A DNA stretch of 53,562 bases from Octopus bimaculoides (GCF_001194135.2 NC_068987.1:91309829-91363390); one strand, 5' to 3'; numbered from the stretch's first letter, positions 1 to 13,007 are shown. Notes: generated by a model from the sequence alone, not told the origin. Numbers and translations are program-made.

Positions 1-18
1 ATATATATGCAGTGACAG

Positions 19-68
<50 letters not shown>

Positions 69-69
<1 letters not shown>

Positions 70-1150
70 AGATGCGATGGGTAAATTGTCACCATTTTAT
101 ATTTTCAATTTCGCACATGCACATTTTTGGGTTTGGATTTTGTCGACTACACAATATAGTAGGGTCAGTTGGGCACCGTCTGTGAGAAAAACAGCACCAT
201 GATGCAATTCACTCTACCAGACATTTGGAAACGACATGATGTACTACTTGGCATTCACGGTGGAAGCTCCAGTCCGAACATTTCCAATACGAAATGTTCG
301 GGTGTCAATCTTAAGAGGATTCGGAAAGAGTTGGACGAGTCTAATGGTGACTATGAAGGTACGGCAACTCGGAAAACTATCTCTGATCGCTCTGATATTG
401 AATTTGTTAGTGAGATCCAGACCATGACTGATAACGGTCCCTCCAAGTCAATCAGGTCCATCGCCACGGACACGGAACTGTATGAATTTCTTATCAAGCA
501 GGTAGTGCATGAAGATATTCGGTAATCCTCATACAAGATGAGAAAGGGTTGATCTTTATCCCATGCAATCAAAGTCAAGAGGAAAGACCGCGCTACGAAA
601 CTTTTGAATAAACTCAAGCATCCCCTCCAACCGAACATGTTTTGGTGTTTCTCAGACGAGAAAAATTTGTCAGGATCAGATGGCGAACACACAGAACAAC
701 CGCTGGCTTGTTGTGTCCCCAAAACACATACGGAAAGTGATAAAAAATCAAACATCCAGTTAACATGGTGTTTGGAGTGATCACTAGTGATGGCGACATT
801 ATGCCTCCATTCATCTTCCCACACGGCCTCAGACTCAGCACAAAGGTCTACATCAAGTGCCTGGAGGAGGTAGTGTTGCCCTGGGTGAAGAGGGTGGCTG
901 CTGGAAGACCCTATGTCTGGCAACAGGACTCTGCACCATGTCACACAAGCAGGAAAACCCAGACATAGCTGTCAGACAATTTCTGCGACCACACTACCCC
1001 TAACATCTGAACACCTATGTGTGGGGCGCAGTGTAGCGAGGGACCAACAAAATCAATAGTGATTTTATTGAATAAATTTATTCTTTAGTATTTCAAGTTA
1101 TTTTTGTGTAATTTTGCTAAATATATCTGTTAAATGAGATGACAGTGTTA
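69..1150 (+). mobile_element. Decayed Tc1/mariner DNA transposon, maT (DD37D)-like; 3' end runs into the N gap
   Basis: Frameshifted transposase pieces: N-terminal HTH region (ORF 169-525, SKSIRSIA..VVHEDIR), FSDEKN first catalytic Asp (~652), MVFGVITSDGDIMPPFIFP and WQQDSAPCHTS (ORF 765-968). The SPDxNPLD motif is deleted before YVWGAV (~1015). Subfamily is assigned from remembered motif similarity. Confidence 0.88.
198..1052 (+). pseudogene. Transposase pseudogene of the maT-like element (frameshifts, stops, internal deletion)
   Basis: The same motifs are spread over several frames; the third catalytic Asp region is missing. Confidence 0.85.
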
Positions 1151-1353
1151 NNNNNNNNNNNNNNNNNNNNNNNNNNNNNNNNNNNNNNNNNNNNNNNNNN
1201 NNNNNNNNNNNNNNNNNNNNNNNNNNNNNNNNNNNNNNNNNNNNNNNNNNNNNNNNNNNNNNNNNNNNNNNNNNNNNNNNNNNNNNNNNNNNNNNNNNNN
1301 NNNNNNNNNNNNNNNNNNNNNNNNNNNNNNNNNNNNNNNNNNNNNNNNNNNNN

Positions 1354-1384
<31 letters not shown>

Positions 1385-1390
<6 letters not shown>

Positions 1391-2515
1391 TTACATATAA
1401 GAGACCAAAGTGTACGTACGCTGCTATATTTTATATATATAAAAATACAAAAATGGGACAAGAACGCAAAACATCCAGACAGTTAGGTGATACAAAAAGA
1501 GAAACAAAATATCCAGACAGACGATACAAGGAAAACAAAGATGGGCCTTTCGGAGTTTTCTCTCCTCATGTGAGTTCCAGATTATCTTTGCAATTTCGGC
1601 TGGTTATACTCGAGATTGCTCCAATCTGGTTAGCCCCAAGGAAAAAATAAGCTAAGAGCATTAGATTCCTTGGAAGAAAGCAACGAATGTATACGAAAAT
1701 AAAAACGCGAAAAAAACAGAGACATATTACACAAATATAAATGCAATTAACAGGACATAACAACAGGTGTCTTTCCACTAAGGACGAATTAAATAAAGCT
1801 GGCGTGTGTGGAAGTAAAGCCTTACGGCAGGGACATAAAATTTAACGGGCACAGGGAGGAATATAGATGTTGCACGGATGGTTTCGAACCAAGAAAGAAA
1901 GGTCAGGCCTGGCCGAACACCGGTCACGTGGGGGAGAGAAGATAGAGAGGTAGAGGCAGAGGGGTAGAAGAATTAAGGAGGGACGAGAACAAATGAAAGA
2001 AAGACACTGAAGTGAAACAGGAGAGAAAGTGAGCATGACGAGAAGGCCAGGAAATGTGAGAGAGTGGGAGCGAAACAACGAAGAGTCGTATGAACAAAGT
2101 GTAAAAGGGCTGAAAGAAACAAGGAAAGAAGGAAAGAATAAAAGAATACAAAGAATAATAGAGTCGTACAAAATTTAGATATATATTTACTTTCATATAA
2201 GCGACCAAAGTGTATGTACGCCGCTATATTTTATATATAAAAATACAAAAATGGGACAAGAACGCAAAACATCCAGACAGTTAAGTGATACAAAAAAGGG
2301 ACAACAAAACATCCAGACACACGATACAAGGAAAACAAGGACAGGTCAATCGGAGTTTTCTTTCCTCAGTCGAGTTCCAGATCATCTTTGCAATTTCGGC
2401 TGGTTATATTCGAGATTGCTCCAATCTGGCCAGCCCCAAAGGAAAAATAAGCTAAGAGCATTAGATTCCTTGGAAGAAAGCAGCGAATGTATACGAAAAC
2501 AAGGACGGAAAGAGA
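1385..2515. repeat. Two diverged direct copies (~330 bp; 1389-1712 and 2189-2510) of one interspersed repeat around a purine-rich spacer; possible Penelope-like pseudo-LTR arrangement
   Basis: Shared sequence from gaccaaagtgta..aaaatgggacaagaacgcaaaacatccagacag to gctaagagcattagattccttggaagaaagca.cgaatgtatacgaaa; both copies start at TA-rich sequence. Confidence 0.7.
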
Positions 2516-2944
2516 GAGAGAGAGAGANNNNNNNNNNNNNNNNNNNNNNNNNNNNNNNNNNNNNNNNNNNNNNNNNNNNNNNNNNNNNNNNNNNNNNNNN
2601 NNNNNNNNATATATATATATATATATATATATACTATCCTTGGAGCCGTCCTTCGAGCAGCATTCAGGCTACCTCGTGCAGAGAGCACCTTTGAGGCCTT
2701 CGGCCCCACTCTATTGAAAAAAAAACAATGAAATATACTAGCGCGTACACAATAATTTATGTATGTATGTATACACGTATGTATGTATGTATGTATGTAT
2801 GTATGTATGTATGTATGTATGTATGTATGTATGTATGTATGCATGTATGTATGTATATATATATATGTATATATATATGTATATATATAAATATATATAT
2901 AAATATATGTTTAGTTTTGAGTTATCTCCCTCTCCTCCTATATA

Positions 2945-3140
2945 TGATTGACCGTTGACTGAACACTATTCAATTTTTTTTTCCTCCGTGTTTTTCTCCT
3001 TGTCTCCGTATTCTTTCTGTTGAAGAACGTAGCTCGAAACGTCAAAGACTTTCCGCATTCCCGAGCGTCATACTAATACATCCTTTTGTTATTTACACCA
3101 CCTGCCCTCATCTGTTGTTGTTTTTTCGTACATTCTCCCA
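2945..3140 (+). mobile_element. Penelope-like element 3' terminal fragment carrying a hammerhead-like motif
   Basis: ttctttctgttgaagaacgtagctcgaaacgtcaaagactttcc..cccgagc..taatacatc..attctccca-(TA)n is homologous to the terminus (35250-35370) of the GIY-YIG-bearing element at 34210. Confidence 0.7.
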
Positions 3141-3161
3141 TATATATATATACATATACAT

Positions 3162-3210
<49 letters not shown>

Positions 3211-4159
3211 TATACGCAAATAATACATTAATACATATACGTACAAACTTTAAATTTTAACTTTGAATTTTAATGTTTCGAGTCGTATCAACATGTTTTG
3301 CCATATAACTATGATCTTGCTATTGACACAGTGTTTTTATTATTACAGGTTGAAGCTTCTCCAATCGTAGCTCAAAGATTCACATTTCTGATTGATCAAA
3401 CGATTAGAGTCCCGAAGTTATCAAAAATATTCGCGAACCCATTGATGTCCACCTGGAAACTTAACTGCCGATAGAATATGAACAATAGCCGTCTCGTTTT
3501 TTGCCTGCTGTGTGTGTATAATCGTTAGATATGTGGTAAGACAGTATTTATATGTGAGAAGTGCGGGTAGACATGTTGGGCAAAAATGTTGACGAAAAAA
3601 ATTTGATGGCAAGAGAAATGTTGAGGGTGTGATAGACGCATGTAGAAGATTATTTAAGAGTGTGGAATATTTTATGAAAGAGGAAAGGTTTAAACTATGA
3701 TAAAATATGAAAGCGTGAGAAAGAGAGAGAGATAGTGTGTGAATTCTGTGAAGAAAGCAATTGTGGAAGAAAATGGCAAGAAAATACAAGCATCACTTGC
3801 AAAAGGCTTGACGGAGTGTCCGAAGAAAGGCAAGAAACTGATAAAAATCTATAGAAAAGATTTGAATGATGAGAAGCTGGTAAAGTCGACGAAAGAGAAA
3901 TAATTGTTGAAGAGGTTTAAACAAGCGTCGGACATGCGTGAAACTATTTGACGAACGTAATATAAAAAGATGGCAACATAAGGAGACTTTATCTTCTTTC
4001 AAAGAGTGGGGATTAAAGGGAGGGAAGCAGCAGAAGTAATAGTAGTAGTATTAGTAGTGTCTGCAGGTGGTAGCAAGCTAAAGCGTGGAGGAGGCAAGAG
4101 TTGAGGGGTAAAACAAAGGTGGGATTCGCTGCTGTCAAACAGAAATGGTTGCCTGCAGG

Positions 4160-4753
<594 letters not shown>

Positions 4754-5705
4754 CAGGTTGTATATGCGAGAGATGTACAAGGAGTACAATGGTGTAATTC
4801 TGGGGCAGGTTGGGAGAAAATGCAAGTCAGAAAATTTGAGCTGGTGAATTTAGATAAAAAAGAACGTACATTTTGGAATAAGATAAGCTACAGTTCGCTT
4901 TGGAGGCGAGTGGTTGGAAACCAGAACAAGACCTTCTGTCTGGCTCCCTAAGAACCCTATCAATTCACTCTTTAAACCCTTCAGTTAAGCATCAATATCC
5001 ATAAATTTCTCATACAATTTCTAGCCTTGTAGCATAATTAAAAGACAATTTTCCTATTGCCAAATATGGAACTATAGGCATGCTGAACATCACGCTTTAA
5101 ATATACATTTGTTAAATATTTAAACAGAAGTCTGTTTTTAGCAATGGCAACTCTATATATACAATTGATGACTATTTCTTTAGCCAGCGCCAATAATTTC
5201 AAAATTGTCTCCTGGGGCCTGGAGTGAATAGCGTAGAAATGAAAACTATTTCCTTAGCTTTCCTAACGTCCCAGTGGCTTAATGAGGCATAAAGATTGAA
5301 TTCACTTTTTAAAAAACTCGCTAAATAACTTTTTAATCATGTAAAATTGTTTCAAGTTTCAATGATTCGTATAACAAAGACTGAAACGCAACTGACATAT
5401 ACTTAATGACGACCTATTTATCATATTAGCGTAAAGTTTATGTCGTTTGACAAAAGACTACGCATGCGCAAATAGCCTAATATGTTCTGTATACACACAC
5501 AATTATGTCTATTTGTACGTGCATAAATAAATATACGTATGTTACAAAATATTTAATCCATAATCATTAATACAAAAAAAACAACATTTATTCTATGTGG
5601 CCGTACATAGCTGCTTTTGAACTTGGCTCTTCAAGGGATATGCATATATATATATATATATTCAATATATTTATACATACATACATACATACATACATAC
5701 ACACA

Positions 5706-5753
<48 letters not shown>

Positions 5754-6264
5754 TTTACAGATTTATGTTTGAATGTCTGTTCGTTTTTACTCCATATCTC
5801 TTTTCTTGCTCTCTCTATGTATATAAGCGTGTGATCTTATATATGTACGCTCCTGCCCACATGCTTGCCGTGTTACTCGGCTTTGTGATGGTGCCGAATA
5901 TTTAGAAACATTTCTTTGTGAAACTTAACTTGTCTGTGTGTGTGTGTCGTGTGTGTGTGTGTCGTGTGTGTTTGTGTCTATCAATGTAAAACTGAAAGAA
6001 GATGAAAACAAAAAAAACAAACAAACAAACAGTTGGTCTGAGAGATTGTCAACCTTTCTAAATGTCACACTACCATTCCTACTCTATCACAACTTTCACT
6101 GTTTCTACATCTCCTTCTCGCCACAATCCTGTGTTACTCCACCATCTTTTATTACTGCCTTTTCTGTGTCGCATCTAAATCATTCTGAGAAATTTGGTAA
6201 AGATTTATTGTGAAATCTTGATGCTGTTTCAAGACATGCCAATATTGACCCTGATGATATTGAT

Positions 6265-6461
6265 CAGCGCTTCTCAACCGCGGCTTCTACGACCGCGTGC
6301 AGCCCTCATACATCCTGCCAGCGAACATCGACGGTCTTCTATTTATAAATATAATAAATTTCTCTTTAATTCACTTATGTTTTAATTCTTTTTTGATGCG
6401 GCGCCGTAAAAAGTCCAGGTTTTGGATCGGGCCTGAATGTTAAAATGGTTAAGAACGACTG
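6265..6461. mobile_element. Non-autonomous hAT (Charlie-like) MITE
   Basis: Termini CAGCGCTTCTCAACC ... GGTTAAGAACGACTG form an imperfect TIR; 8-bp flanks ATATTGAT / ATAAAGAT match at 6 of 8 positions, consistent with a decayed hAT TSD. Confidence 0.65.
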
Positions 6462-7275
6462 ATAAAGATAATTCTGATCAACAAACTGGATCACTTGTAA
6501 AATGGTTGAAGTTTTCAGAAAGATAAAACAGGAATTTCCTTTACATGTACTAAAATAAAAAATTTTAAAAAATCAAACCCGCTTTTGTTTCTCATCAATA
6601 TACTCTACCATTCCTCCTATCGATATTTTTGTCAGCTTTTAAAACATCCTTCCGGCTATTTGTTCTTTTTTTTCAGAAGTCAAATCTGTTTCTCAAACTC
6701 TGTAAATTTTTGTAAATAATATTAACTTTCCTTTTAAATGTTTTTGATTTAAACTTCAACACTATAATCTGTCTATGTTCAAAGAAGTTTAAATTTCATT
6801 ATCTCTGAAAACATTTTATTTAATTCCACAAAATTCACAGAATTATTACCGTAATATATTGATGTTTTTAACGTGCTCTGTTTTATAGCGGCGGGGATGC
6901 ATGCACAAAATATATATTATACATAATAACAAGCGGCGGTGATACGGTGCAGGTTTATTAAGTACAACACACCCATATAATTAGGTTATCACTTTCAAAT
7001 CGTTTTATCGATCACAGGTAATATTCCTTGAATCTATCATACGATCTTCTCGGTGAATTTGCCAATTGAGAAGAGAAAAATATTTTCATTCATCCAAGAA
7101 TTTAGAAAATAGAGTTGGAGAAAAAGAAATGTTTTAAGTATGAACTTCTAGGAATTGATTTCAATCTCTTGAGGAAATTTCTTTTTCTAGACTAGTCTGG
7201 TTTCGATTCCGCAATACATTTATACATTTATTCTGTAGAATTACTAGAAATACCAGCCAAATTTTATTCTTATCA

Positions 7276-7685
7276 TAGGCACAGACGCATGATTCTGTGG
7301 TTAAAAAAACTCGCTTGGCGATCGCCTGATTTGGGTTTCAGTCTCACTGCACGGCACCATAGGCTAGTATCTTCTAAAATAGTCTCAAGCCGACCAGAGC
7401 CTTGCAAATGAATTTAGTAGCAAGAAATTCTGTAAGCTCGTCGTGTGTGTGTGTGTGTGCGTGTGTGTGTGTATGTATGTATGTATATGTGTGTGTATAT
7501 GTGTGTGTGTGTGCGTTTGTCTTTGCGTCTGTGTCCCGTCTTCAGCGCTTGCCAACCAATATGGGTTTGTTTACGTCTCCGTAACTTGGCGTTTCAGCAA
7601 AAGAGACCGATAGAACAAGTTCCCGACTGGGCTCGATCCGTCGAACTAAAACTCTTCATGGCGATTCCCCAGCATATCTGTAATT
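7276..7685 (+). mobile_element. tRNA-derived SINE with CORE-like middle and internal (GT)n (family A)
   Basis: Head with B-box-like GGGTTTCAGTCTC, then gaccagagccttg, a (GT)n tract, and tail gtttacgtctccgtaacttggcg..gcaaaagagaccgatagaa shared with 16338-16640. Confidence 0.8.
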
Positions 7686-8223
7686 AAATGATTCAAACGA
7701 GGGAAAGATAATGGTAGATCGACTCGACTTTAGTCAGAATGGGCACGGCTGGAACGTAGGTGTGATAAAGCAGGTCTGTACCGATCCGGGTATATGCAAC
7801 AATAAAAGTAACGTCGACGACGACGACGACAACGATACATTTCAATTTCTTTTCGAGATGTTTTAATTCTGAAGCTGGATATATTTCTTCAATCACTTTT
7901 AGCAATATCTTGCAAAAAGGTAGAACAACTAGTTTTTGCGGAAGCTTATTCAAACTGCCATCGATATTTAAAGAACACCAGATTTATCAGAAGTGCGGAA
8001 TTCAATTCGGTAGCGCCAGAATCTGCTGTCACAACCAATCTATTGTGGTCGTATAGAAATACCAGAAGTTTTTACTGCTTTTAGATTAACTATCGATAAA
8101 AATAAAACTGTATCCATTTCTGTTAATAGAAGCTAATTTTGCAAATGTTTTTTTTTATCTTTAAAATTCAGCGATTTTTTTCCTTTTCATAGCTTCTCGA
8201 TTCTGATGTATTAGTAATAGTTT

Positions 8224-8885
8224 TTATTGTGTTGAGTCAAAAGTTTCGCAATATTTTGGTAACTTATTTGCTTTATTCATCAAGTTACAACAATAGCAGC
8301 CTAACATTCAAAGTAGAGGCCATCGTGTTGCACCGTCTGAAGCCACCTTTCTGTCAGTTCTTTGATTCCATAGTGATACCGGTTCTTGTCCGAGGCGAAG
8401 AACTCCTGCATGGAAGTTTCCACCTCTCCTTGGGTGATGAAGCCCTTCGAGCGCAGGAAGTGAGCTATGGATCGGAAAAAAGCAATAATCTGAGGAAGGT
8501 AGGTCTGGACTATATGCTGAGTGTGACATCAGTTCGATTCCTGCAAGTTTCTGGAGTTTATTCTGAGTCTGCTGCAGAAGAACTCGCTTTCTGCTACCCA
8601 ACGCCGGGTATTCTTGCCGCACAATGTCATACACCCGTGAGATGCCGAGCTCACCTTCGAGTGCTTTTCGCCGGATTTGCTTCTATGGCTTGTAACACGG
8701 CCTCGGAGGTCACGGTTTCGTGGCCGACCTGACATTGTCTGATCGTGCGCCTTCACCTTTCGCACAACAAATGTTTTTGGTTGCTTCCGCCCGCGGTTTT
8801 ATGGCCCAGTCCGAACTCGCAAAGCGTAAGTTCCTGAATTAGACGATGTTGCACGTTCATCTGTGTGGCTTTCAAATATAAAACT
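8224..8885 (-). mobile_element. Internally deleted mariner (DD34D-type) transposon remnant
   Basis: Minus-strand ORFs 8308-8634 and 8529-8765 contain HSAYSPDLPSSDYCFF (HPPYSPDLAPSDY motif), an SGRP linker and LAGIELM. A frameshifted C-terminus ERWLQTVQHDGLYFE-like ends near 8308; the central DDE part is missing. Confidence 0.85.
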
Positions 8886-8924
8886 GGAAAGCGATGTTGC
8901 TTTGTTTACAATCTCACATCCTAG

Positions 8925-9060
8925 CGGCTCGGCAAAAGCGTCAAATGGAATAAGTACCAAACAGGTACTAGGGTCATTTTGTTCCACAAAAACCCTTGAA
9001 GTTCTTGCTCCAGCATGGGAGCAGTCCAATGACAGGAAGAAGTAAGATATAAGAAATAAC
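8925..9060 (+). mobile_element. SINE family A 3' tail fragment
   Basis: gcggctcggcaaaagcg..gaataagtacc..gctccagcatgggagcagtccaatgac is similar to 16500-16625. Confidence 0.65.
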
Positions 9061-9299
9061 GGATAATTGTTCCTGTTCTTTTGTTTCTCACTGTATAGCT
9101 ACAAGTGGAGGGCGTGTCTCTATTTGACGGACAAGATGACGGCTTGAGAAAATTAGAGAAAATCAACGGCAAATCATCTTTATAGTTTCCCATGAAATTG
9201 CCACCAGAATTATATATCGTTTGAAGGCGACAAGTTGGTAGAACCATTAACATATCGGACAAAATTCCTAGCTGCATATATTCTGGTTTCTTACGTTCT

Positions 9300-9430
9300 T
9301 AGATCAAATACCGCCGAGGTCAACTTTGCCTTTCATTCTTACTGGGTCGTTAAAATAAAATTGCAGTCAAGTACTAAAGTCGACGAAATCATCAAGCCTC
9401 CCTTCCACCCAAAGTCTCAAGCCCTTGTGC
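9300..9430 (+). mobile_element. SINE family B fragment (Nin-like central domain)
   Basis: tcaaataccgccgaggtcaactttgcctttcattc..gggtcgttaaaataa; the same motif recurs in more than 10 copies in the window. Confidence 0.7.
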
Positions 9431-10504
9431 CCATGGCCGAAAAAATTATAGAGTACTTGTGGAGAAAGTCAACAGGCGCAATCCGTTAACGGAATGGCGA
9501 AAATAAGAAAGAAAATTAAAAAAAACGTGACTCAGTCGGTTTTTTAATTCAGAAATAAAAAGGAAGAAAATAATTGCCTCCAAGGGGTGTGGTGCCTTTA
9601 CTGTAAAACATTTGACAAAAATCATCAACAAAGAAATAAAAAATGAAAATCAGATAAAAATGATATGAAATCAAATTAAAACTGCAAATTGCATGAACAA
9701 AATTTTGAGAGGGAACCAAATAAAAATGGAGAAATTGAAACAGAAACAAAGAAATAAAAGTAAAAAAAATCTATGACCATGGCAATTAAAACATAACCAG
9801 GAATTCGAATTCCTAAAGAGAAAATTTGTATAAGATTTTGAAAAAAAAAAGTAAAACCAAAACAGAAAGGAAAAAAAAACCCAAAGGATCTTGCAGGTGT
9901 TCCATTTTTTAAAATAATAATTAGAGTTACTGAAGGTTTCTTTCTCTGTTTACACACACACACGCNNNNNNNNNNNNNNNNNNNNNNNNNNNNNNNNNNN
10001 NNNNNNNNNNNNNNNNNNNNNNNNNNNNNNNNNNNNNNNNNNNNNNNNNNNNNNNNNNNNNNNNNNNNNNNNNNNNNNNNNNNNNNNNNNNNNNNNNNNN
10101 NNNNNNNNNNNNNNNNNNNNNNNNNNNNNNNNNNNNNNNNNNNNNNNNNNNNNNNNNNNNNNNNNNNNNNNNNNNNNNNNNNNNNNNNNNNNNNNNNNNN
10201 NNNNNNNNNNNNNNNNNNNNNNNNNNNNNNNNNNNNNNNNNNNNNNNNNNNNNNNNNNNNNNNNNNNNNNNNNNNTACACACACAGACACACACACATAT
10301 ATATATATATAGGGAGATGTACTTGAATAGAAAGTGACCTGATCTGAGATCGTATGTTGAAACAAAAACAATTGCAGCGAGGAAAGTGTTTATAAGCCAT
10401 TTAAGAAACACACAAAATCCATTAGATTCACTTCAACATTTAAATTTAATTTGTGTCAAAATATTACTTTCTGGAAAGTCCCAAGGAAGGAGAGAACGGG
10501 GAGG

Positions 10505-11262
10505 ATGTGACTTCCTGGAAATTTCCAAGGATGGAACGTTCCAGAGGAGCGGAGGCAATATTTCCTGGAAGGTTCAAATGAAGGGAGTTCTCGGAAAGTT
10601 CCGATAGCTTACTGGAAAGTTCCGATAGCTTACTGGAAAGTTCCGCAGATGTGATTCCTGGATAGTGCCATGGAATCCTTGAAAGTTCCGATGTCGAGAT
10701 TCTTCCTCGAAAGTCCCGAGAATAGGAAGGAAATACTTCCTGAAAAGTTCCAAGGATGAACTACTTCCGGGAAAGTTCCGAGGATGGGATTTCCTTGAAA
10801 TTTCCGAAGTTTTCCTGGAAATTTCCCTGGATGAGCTACTTCCTGGAAAGTTCCGAGGATATAATCTCCTCGAAAGTTCCGAGGACGAACTACTTCATGG
10901 GAATTTCCGACCTCTTCCTGGAAAGTTCCGAGGTTGAGATTTCCTGAAAATGTCCGACATCTTCCTGGAAATGTCCGAGGATGAACTACTTCCCGGAAAG
11001 TTCCGAGGATTTGATTTCCTGGAAAGTTTCGTGGATGGGATTTCCTGGAAAATTTCGAGGTTTTCTGGAAAGTTCGGAGGATGGGACTTCCTGGAAAATT
11101 CCGAGGTTTGCCTTTAATTTCCAAGGATGAACTACTTCATGGAAAGTCTCGAGGATGGGACTTGCTGGAAACTTCCGAGGTACTCCTGGAAACTTCCGAG
11201 TATGAACTACTTCCTGGAAAGTTCTGAGGATGGTAATTCCGAGGACTTCCTGGAAAGTTCCG
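10505..11262 (+). repeat. Minisatellite of ~25-30 units (21-28 bp) built on TTCCTGGAAAGTTCCGAGG, with a ~75 bp three-subunit higher-order period
   Basis: Direct reading; the antisense ORF 10630-11124 shows the ~25-aa periodicity (HPRNFPG..ILGTF). Confidence 0.92.
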
Positions 11263-11289
11263 CATGATAATCAAAATTTATACTCTCGT

Positions 11290-11590
11290 GTTCTACAGGC
11301 AACCATCAACCGGCTGCTGGTCAAGATGTTCTTATAACTCCAATATCCCTCCCTCTGATATGATCTACAAGTTTAAGCGGCTTCAATTTCCTCTCAAACT
11401 CACCTTTGCAATGGTAATAAATAAGGCACAGGGTCAATCATTGCAAATGGTTGGTTTAAATCTCAAAGAACAAGTGTTCTCGCACGATCAACATTACGTT
11501 AGATGCTCCCGTGTTGGGCCACAAATTCTATACATTTGTGCATCAGAAGGGAAAACTTGAAACGTTGCCTACAAAGAAGCGCTCCACTGA
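11290..11590 (+). mobile_element. Helitron RepHel PIF1-like helicase C-terminal fragment (pseudogenised)
   Basis: PSDMIYKFKRLQFPLKLTFAMVINKAQGQSLQMVGLNLKEQVFSHDQHYVRCSRVG matches the Helitron helicase motifs FKRLQFP-AMTINKSQGQS-FSHGQLYVACSRV. It is preceded by a frameshifted QATI..GQDVLI and ends KT*NVAYKEALH*. Confidence 0.9.
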
Positions 11591-11846
11591 AAAGACGACA
11601 TTCCTTTACATCTTCCAAATCACCCCAGTCATCTGCCGCCGTAAAAACTTCGTACTTGCAGTGTCATCCAACGTAAGTCAATGACACACAACTTCATTCA
11701 TTCACTCTATCTCTCTTTCTCACCCTCTTTCTCTCTCTTTCTCTCTCACATACACACACACGCACTCAGAAACAGACTACGTATAAATTATTTCTTCACA
11801 ACTCCTGAAGCCATTTTCTGACAGGGGATGATGAAAGGCTCCAATC

Positions 11847-11924
<78 letters not shown>

Positions 11925-12013
11925 CATACATCTATCTATATATATATCTTTATATATACATACATACATATACATATACATATATATACAAATACATGCA
12001 TATATCTATCTAT

Positions 12014-12116
<103 letters not shown>

Positions 12117-12184
12117 TGTGTGTGTGTGTGTTTGTATATATATATATATACAAACACACACACATATATCATCATTATCATCAT

Positions 12185-12420
12185 TTAACATGTGTTGCCA
12201 TGGCAATCTGGTGGGGGTGGGAGGAACTGCATAATTTCTACGGCTGGATAGCGTCCCTAACGCCAAATACTTAACAGAGTGTGATGATTGCTTTAACGTG
12301 GCGCCGCACGGGCGATTTTTCGTGGAACCACCACGAGTGTTTTACGCCACCTGAAGTAGCGGTCTTAACACTTCTGCTGCGGGGTACGGCTCTTCTTGAG
12401 GTACGGGTACACAACACCAC
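12185..12420 (-). mobile_element. SINE family C fragment (Meta-like domain)
   Basis: Minus strand reads GGCGTTAGGGACGCTATCCAGCCGTAGAAA, similar to the remembered Meta-SINE core GGCGTCAGGAAGGGCATCCAGCCGTA. Confidence 0.55.
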
Positions 12421-12962
12421 ATATGCGCATTTTTGAGTTTGTATGTTTTACTGTTAAAACACGTATTTTTTAATAAACAAACGTAATTGCAAGCAGAGAC
12501 GTCTGCGCATAAGACTCGTAAGCACACAAACGTCCATTCATACACACACAACACACACACTCTCTCTCATACATACACAGAATGCAGATATAATTATAAT
12601 ATTTAGAAAGGCAAAGAGAAAGATAGGACGAAATAGAGAATAACGTGATTAATAAAACAAAATACAAATGGAATAGGCATTGTTGAATGATTACAAATAG
12701 TTTCTGGTTTAATTTGTGTTGGTAAATGTCTGCATTGGCACTGAGAGATATTTTTATATGAAAGTCTCCAAGATAAACGGAAAAGTCCAATTTACCATAG
12801 ATATCACTATCGATAAAAATGCAGCCGCCGAATACAGATTTTGTTTCATGACTATAATTACAGAAAGAAGAAAAAGAGACTAATTTATTTTGAGATGTAT
12901 AACGAAACAAGCGCAAGATAAAATATGTTACACGCACACAAACAAACAAACACAAACACACA

Positions 12963-13007
<45 letters not shown>

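Noticed and set aside
7693-8056. Several overlapping 50-86 codon open frames
   Set aside because: No consistent splice signals or homology, and part of the region is a dispersed repeat.
9095-9184. Acceptor-like AG followed by LQVEGVSLFDGQDDGLRKLEKINGKSSL*
   Set aside because: Possible terminal exon but unsupported: no linked upstream exon and flanked by SINE debris. The same applies to the 3348-3473 frame.
10630-11124. 164-aa repetitive ORF
   Set aside because: Translation of the minisatellite; no start context or independent coding evidence.
10505-11262. Regularly spaced palindromic repeats resembling a CRISPR array
   Set aside because: The spacers are themselves short recurring variants, there are no cas genes, and the context is eukaryotic.
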